NCBI GenBank assembly: GCA_041695225.1
Contig: JBGFRI010000006.1
Span: 1 to 18,882, forward strand
Direction of reading: 5' to 3'
Length of the DNA stretch: 18,882 nucleotides
Source of the DNA: Deinococcota bacterium
GTDB lineage: Bacteria > Deinococcota > Deinococci > Deinococcales > Thermaceae
Position 1 is the stretch's first letter. Each line of letters opens with the position of its first letter. The notes under the pieces are model-generated. The model was given only the letters and a program-made list of their open reading frames with translations, had not been told where the DNA came from and did no database searches. The position numbers were made by a program, and so were the translations under genes. Below are positions 15,871 through 18,882 of the stretch, in pieces.

Positions 15871-15984
15871 CTTTTAAGTTAGAGCCCCTGGGCTGTGCTG
15901 TGCGGCGCTGGCTAAACTGGTGATTAGTTAATCATCTCCATAGCCGGCCAGTTCATCATCCAAATCTGTGGGAGGGATGTCCGT

Positions 15985-16012
15985 TTGCCATAATGCCGTC
16001 AAACGATAAACT
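15985..16012 (+). promoter_or_regulatory. Putative promoter for tRNA-Leu(TAA)
   Basis: TTGCCA-N16-TAAACT, 13 nt upstream of the tRNA. Confidence 0.55.
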
Positions 16013-16025
16013 GAAGGTTGGGTCT

Positions 16026-16111
16026 GCCGGGATGGCGGAATGGTAGACGCTACGGACTTAAAATCCGTTGCCCGCAAGGGCGTGTGGGTTCGACTCCCAT
16101 TCCCGGCACCA
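16026..16111 (+). tRNA. tRNA-Leu (anticodon TAA)
   Basis: GCCGGGA/TCCCGGC acceptor stem, ACGGA-CTTAAAA-TCCGT anticodon arm, long variable arm, GGTTCGACTCC, CCA. Confidence 0.97.
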
Positions 16112-16119
16112 ATTTAAGA

Positions 16120-16189
16120 ATGTCTCAAGTCGCAGGTCTCGGGTCTCAGGTCTTTTGACTTGCGACTTGCGTCCTGAGACCTGAGACAT
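16120..16189. repeat. 70-bp heptamer-built hairpin
   Basis: ATGTCTC AAGTCGC AGGTCTC GGGTCTC AGGTC-TTTT-GACTT GCGACTT GCGTCCT GAGACCT GAGACAT, followed by CTTTT. Confidence 0.93.
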
Positions 16190-16279
16190 CTTTTGGTGAC
16201 GACTCCGCCACGGTGATAAATACCATCTATGTGAAGCTGGTATTAAAGCCCAACTGCTCAAAGCGATAGGCTATTGTCA

Positions 16280-17281
16280 ATGAACGCTTATACTTACGCC
16301 TATCGCGGGGGACTGATCGAAAACCGACACAAAGTTTCGCTGGCTATTGCTGGGCCCACTGGAAAACTGCTGGCTTATAGCGGCGACCCCTACCTAGCCG
16401 TGCATATGCGCTCCTCGGCCAAGCCTTTTCAGGCCCTGGCTCTCTACCTGAGCGGAGCAATAGAACGCTTTGGCATCACTCCCGCCGAGGTCGCCTTGGC
16501 CTGCGCCTCCCACAGCGGTACCTCCCAGCACGTAGCCATTGCAGCGAACTTCCTGAAGAAAATTGGGCTTGGACCGGAGTGCCTGGCCTGCGGCGCCCAT
16601 CTTCCATACGATTCCGAGGCTCGCAGGTCGCTGCAGCAGGCTGGCCAACCAGCCACTGTCCTGCACAACAATTGCTCGGGCAAGCACACCGGCATGTTGG
16701 CGGCCTCGCTGGCACTGGGGGCCGACCCCAGGGGCTACCAACAGCCTGAACACCCAGTGCAACAACTCAACCTGCAAACCCTGCGCGACCTTTCGGGCTT
16801 CCAACCGATTGCCTACGGCGTGGATGGATGCAGCGTACCCACCTTTGTTCTGCCCCTGGCCCCAGCGGCCCGGATGTTTGCACTGCTGGCCCAGCCCGAG
16901 GCTGCACCTGAAAAGTACCAAGATGGACTGGAACAGGTTTTTCGCGCCATGCGACAGCACCCCGACCTGGTGGCGGGCTCCCAGAGCATTGATACGGTGC
17001 TGATGCAGAAACTGCCCCATCTGGTGGCCAAGGGAGGAGCAGATGGCTACTACGGCATGGCCCTGCGGGATACCCGTTGGGGGGCTATTGGCATTGCGCT
17101 TAAGGTTGAGAGTGGCGTAAATGCGGCCCGCGAGCCCATGGTTATACGGCTACTGGAAGAGTTGGGCATCCTCTCGCCGGAAGTTGAGCTTGAGTGGCGC
17201 AGACCCCTCATTCAGAATGTGCGGAAACTCGAGGTGGGATATCTGGAGGCCAGGCTCGAGCTATCCTGGACTCTTGTATAA
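16280..17281 (+). CDS. L-asparaginase II (Rhizobium etli AnsA type, class 3)
   Basis: RSSAKPFQ, CASHSG, NNCSGKH.GML, DGCSVP and KGGADG motifs. ATG 16280 lies 7 nt after TAGGCT. Confidence 0.9.
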   Translation: MNAYTYAYRGGLIENRHKVSLAIAGPTGKLLAYSGDPYLAVHMRSSAKPFQALALYLSGAIERFGITPAEVALACASHSGTSQHVAIAANFLKKIGLGPECLACGAHLPYDSEARRSLQQAGQPATVLHNNCSGKHTGMLAASLALGADPRGYQQPEHPVQQLNLQTLRDLSGFQPIAYGVDGCSVPTFVLPLAPAARMFALLAQPEAAPEKYQDGLEQVFRAMRQHPDLVAGSQSIDTVLMQKLPHLVAKGGADGYYGMALRDTRWGAIGIALKVESGVNAAREPMVIRLLEELGILSPEVELEWRRPLIQNVRKLEVGYLEARLELSWTLV

Positions 17282-17608
17282 GGCTTAGACCAGACGAAAA
17301 TTGTTTCGCTGTTGGCAACATAAGCGGGTAGAGATCCTGTCATTGCCTGGCCACCCATGCCAAACAATCCGGTCCGTTATGAATGTTGATATAGCGGCGT
17401 TTAGCTAAGCCCATCAGACACTTGACTTGGCCCAGCAGAACACAAGCACTGCACTTGGTGGAGCATACTCCGAGGTATGAAGGGTTTGCACCATGGCTTT
17501 TCAGAAAAGTGTGAATATCATCCCAGCCCAAAACATGCTCGAGCAGGCCCTGTGCGTACCTTCAGCAGGGTTGCAGGAAACGCTTTGGTAAAGAGTAGGC
17601 TATGTAAG

Positions 17609-18385
17609 ATGGAATTTTCCGAAGTGGTGTTGAGTAGCCCGCCCTTAGTCCTGGGAGTTGACCCCCGCCCTGCCTTGCATGGGAACAATCCCCTGGCACA
17701 CATCCGCGCATACACCCTGGAACTAATGGAAGCCCTAAGTGGCAAGGTGTGCGCAGTTAAATTCCAGGCCGCTTTTTTTGAAGCCATGGGACCGCAGGGC
17801 TTTGCTTTGATGCACGAACTGATTAGTGGAGCCAGGGTGCTCTCGCTTCCGGTTATCGTAGATGCCAAGCGGGGCGATATCGGTACTACCGCCGAAGCCT
17901 ATGCAAAAGCCTATCTGGATACCTATCCCGGCTCGGCTCTGACCGTGAATCCTTATTTGGGCAGCGATGCCCTGGAAACTTTTTTTAAGGCCGCCCAACG
18001 CACTGGTGGGGCAGTGTTTGTGCTGGTTAAAACCTCCAACCCGGGTTCGGGATTATTTCAAGACCTGGCCCTGGAGGGCGCAGGGGTCCTGTATCAGGCC
18101 GTAGCGGATTATCTAGCCTTACATGTGCAGCAGCAGCGCGTGGGCGACTGGTCGCGCATTGCTGCGGTGGTGGGTGCAACTCATCCTGCACAGATTGACG
18201 AAATTCGCCGCCGCTTACCCCACTCCTTTCTACTGCTGCCGGGGCTGGGAGCCCAGGGGGGTGAGCTAACCAAAGGGCCGGGCTTGCTCAACTCGGCTAG
18301 CCGTGCACTGTATTATCCTGGTGGCCAGCCCAGCCTCGAGCAGGCGGTTCGTCAGGCCGAGATTTACCTGGAAGCATTGGCGTAG
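17609..18385 (+). CDS. pyrF: Orotidine-5'-phosphate decarboxylase (subfamily 2)
   Basis: [14 protein letters not shown], catalytic [46 protein letters not shown] 17609 lies 7 nt after TAGGCT. Confidence 0.96.
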   Translation: MEFSEVVLSSPPLVLGVDPRPALHGNNPLAHIRAYTLELMEALSGKVCAVKFQAAFFEAMGPQGFALMHELISGARVLSLPVIVDAKRGDIGTTAEAYAKAYLDTYPGSALTVNPYLGSDALETFFKAAQRTGGAVFVLVKTSNPGSGLFQDLALEGAGVLYQAVADYLALHVQQQRVGDWSRIAAVVGATHPAQIDEIRRRLPHSFLLLPGLGAQGGELTKGPGLLNSASRALYYPGGQPSLEQAVRQAEIYLEALA

Positions 18386-18625
18386 GAATACAAACCCAAA
18401 GCGTTAACAGTGCGTGTAGTGCATAGATTAATCACCCTCCTCCGCGGCCACTTCGTCACCCAGTCTATGGTCCTGGTTCTGCTGTTCGCTACGAAACAAG
18501 GCCTTTGCAGCACTGCATAAAGACCAGCTAAGCTTGTGTAAAAGCCATGATGTGCTTCGAGACTCAACTGAGACCTGCCGAAGCAGTTGTACCCCAGGCG
18601 CTTAGCCGCTAAAATAACCCAGCGT

Positions 18626-18700
18626 GCCGGTGTAGCTCAGCGGTAGAGCACTCGATTCGTAATCGAGCGGTCGTCGGTTCAAGTCCGACCACCGGCTCCA
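18626..18700 (+). tRNA. tRNA-Thr (anticodon CGT)
   Basis: GCCGGTG/CACCGGC acceptor stem, CTCGA-TTCGTAA-TCGAG anticodon arm, GGTTCAAGTCC, CCA. TAAAAT lies upstream. Confidence 0.97.
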
Positions 18701-18716
18701 GTGCAGGACAATAAAA

Positions 18717-18764
18717 ATGTCACAAGTCGCATGACAAAAAGACCTGCGACCTGAGACATGTGAC
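18717..18764. repeat. Shorter, inverted copy of the heptamer hairpin after tRNA-Thr
   Basis: ATGTCACAAGTCGCATGAC-AAAAA-GACCTGCGACCTGAGACATGTGAC. Confidence 0.8.
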
Positions 18765-18882
18765 CTTGTATCTTGAAATAGGGACACCGCACGGCAGACC
18801 GATTGACCCAAGGTCTACCAGACCGTGTCGAAGCGTGGGTCGCCGTGCGGGAGTCTCCAGCCAGAGTCCGAACGGTTGTCAG

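Noticed and set aside
15721..16200. Prophage or integrative-element att sites at the tRNA 3' ends
   Set aside because: Both TTCCCGGCACCA copies belong to complete tRNA genes, and there is no integrase or cargo between them.
14255..17031. Long antisense or alternate-frame ORFs inside real genes (e.g. 14636..15220, 16394..17020)
   Set aside because: Typical shadow ORFs of GC-rich coding sequence.
17340..17531. 63-aa Cys-containing ORF on the minus strand
   Set aside because: TTG start, no SD or leaderless box, no recognisable motif.
17477..17608. 44-aa N-terminal extension of PyrF
   Set aside because: Homology and the TAGGCT-N7-ATG pattern place the start at 17609.
18364..18811. ORFs 18364..18567 and 18602..18811 (-)
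   Set aside because: The first has no supporting signals. The second is antisense to tRNA-Thr and the repeat.

Overview
Chromosomal housekeeping window (roughly 60% GC) from a Deinococcus-Thermus bacterium, most likely Meiothermus-like. This is inferred from Thermus-type cytochrome c552 proteins, many leaderless TANNNT-N6/7-start genes and the repeat style. Gene order: probable IS3-like right end, degraded vapC (PIN) remnant, 42-bp double-hairpin tandem array, thiolase (-), an unannotated 34-aa single-TM ORF (-), rodA (+), tatA (+), padR-like regulator-modA-modB-modC (-), two tandem cytochrome c552 paralogues (-), saccharopine-dehydrogenase-like gene plus potABCD (-), tRNA-Leu(CAG), tRNA-Leu(TAA), asparaginase II (+), pyrF (+), tRNA-Thr(CGT). 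Intergenic space is dense with REP/MITE-like palindromic elements. The most unusual observations are: (i) a 527-bp repeat-built insertion between potB and potC, flanked by a GTATGA duplication and spanned by one ORF overlapping both genes by ATGA, which could relay translational coupling; (ii) a ~145-bp repeat element sitting in frame between the modA start codon and its signal peptide; (iii) a PadR-family gene plus a perfect 8-1-8 palindrome over the modABC -10 box, a candidate ModE-independent molybdate regulator; (iv) a heptamer-built hairpin behind all three tRNA genes; (v) a structured leader in front of the polyamine-linked dehydrogenase. No database searches or folding computations were run; all calls come from manual reading.
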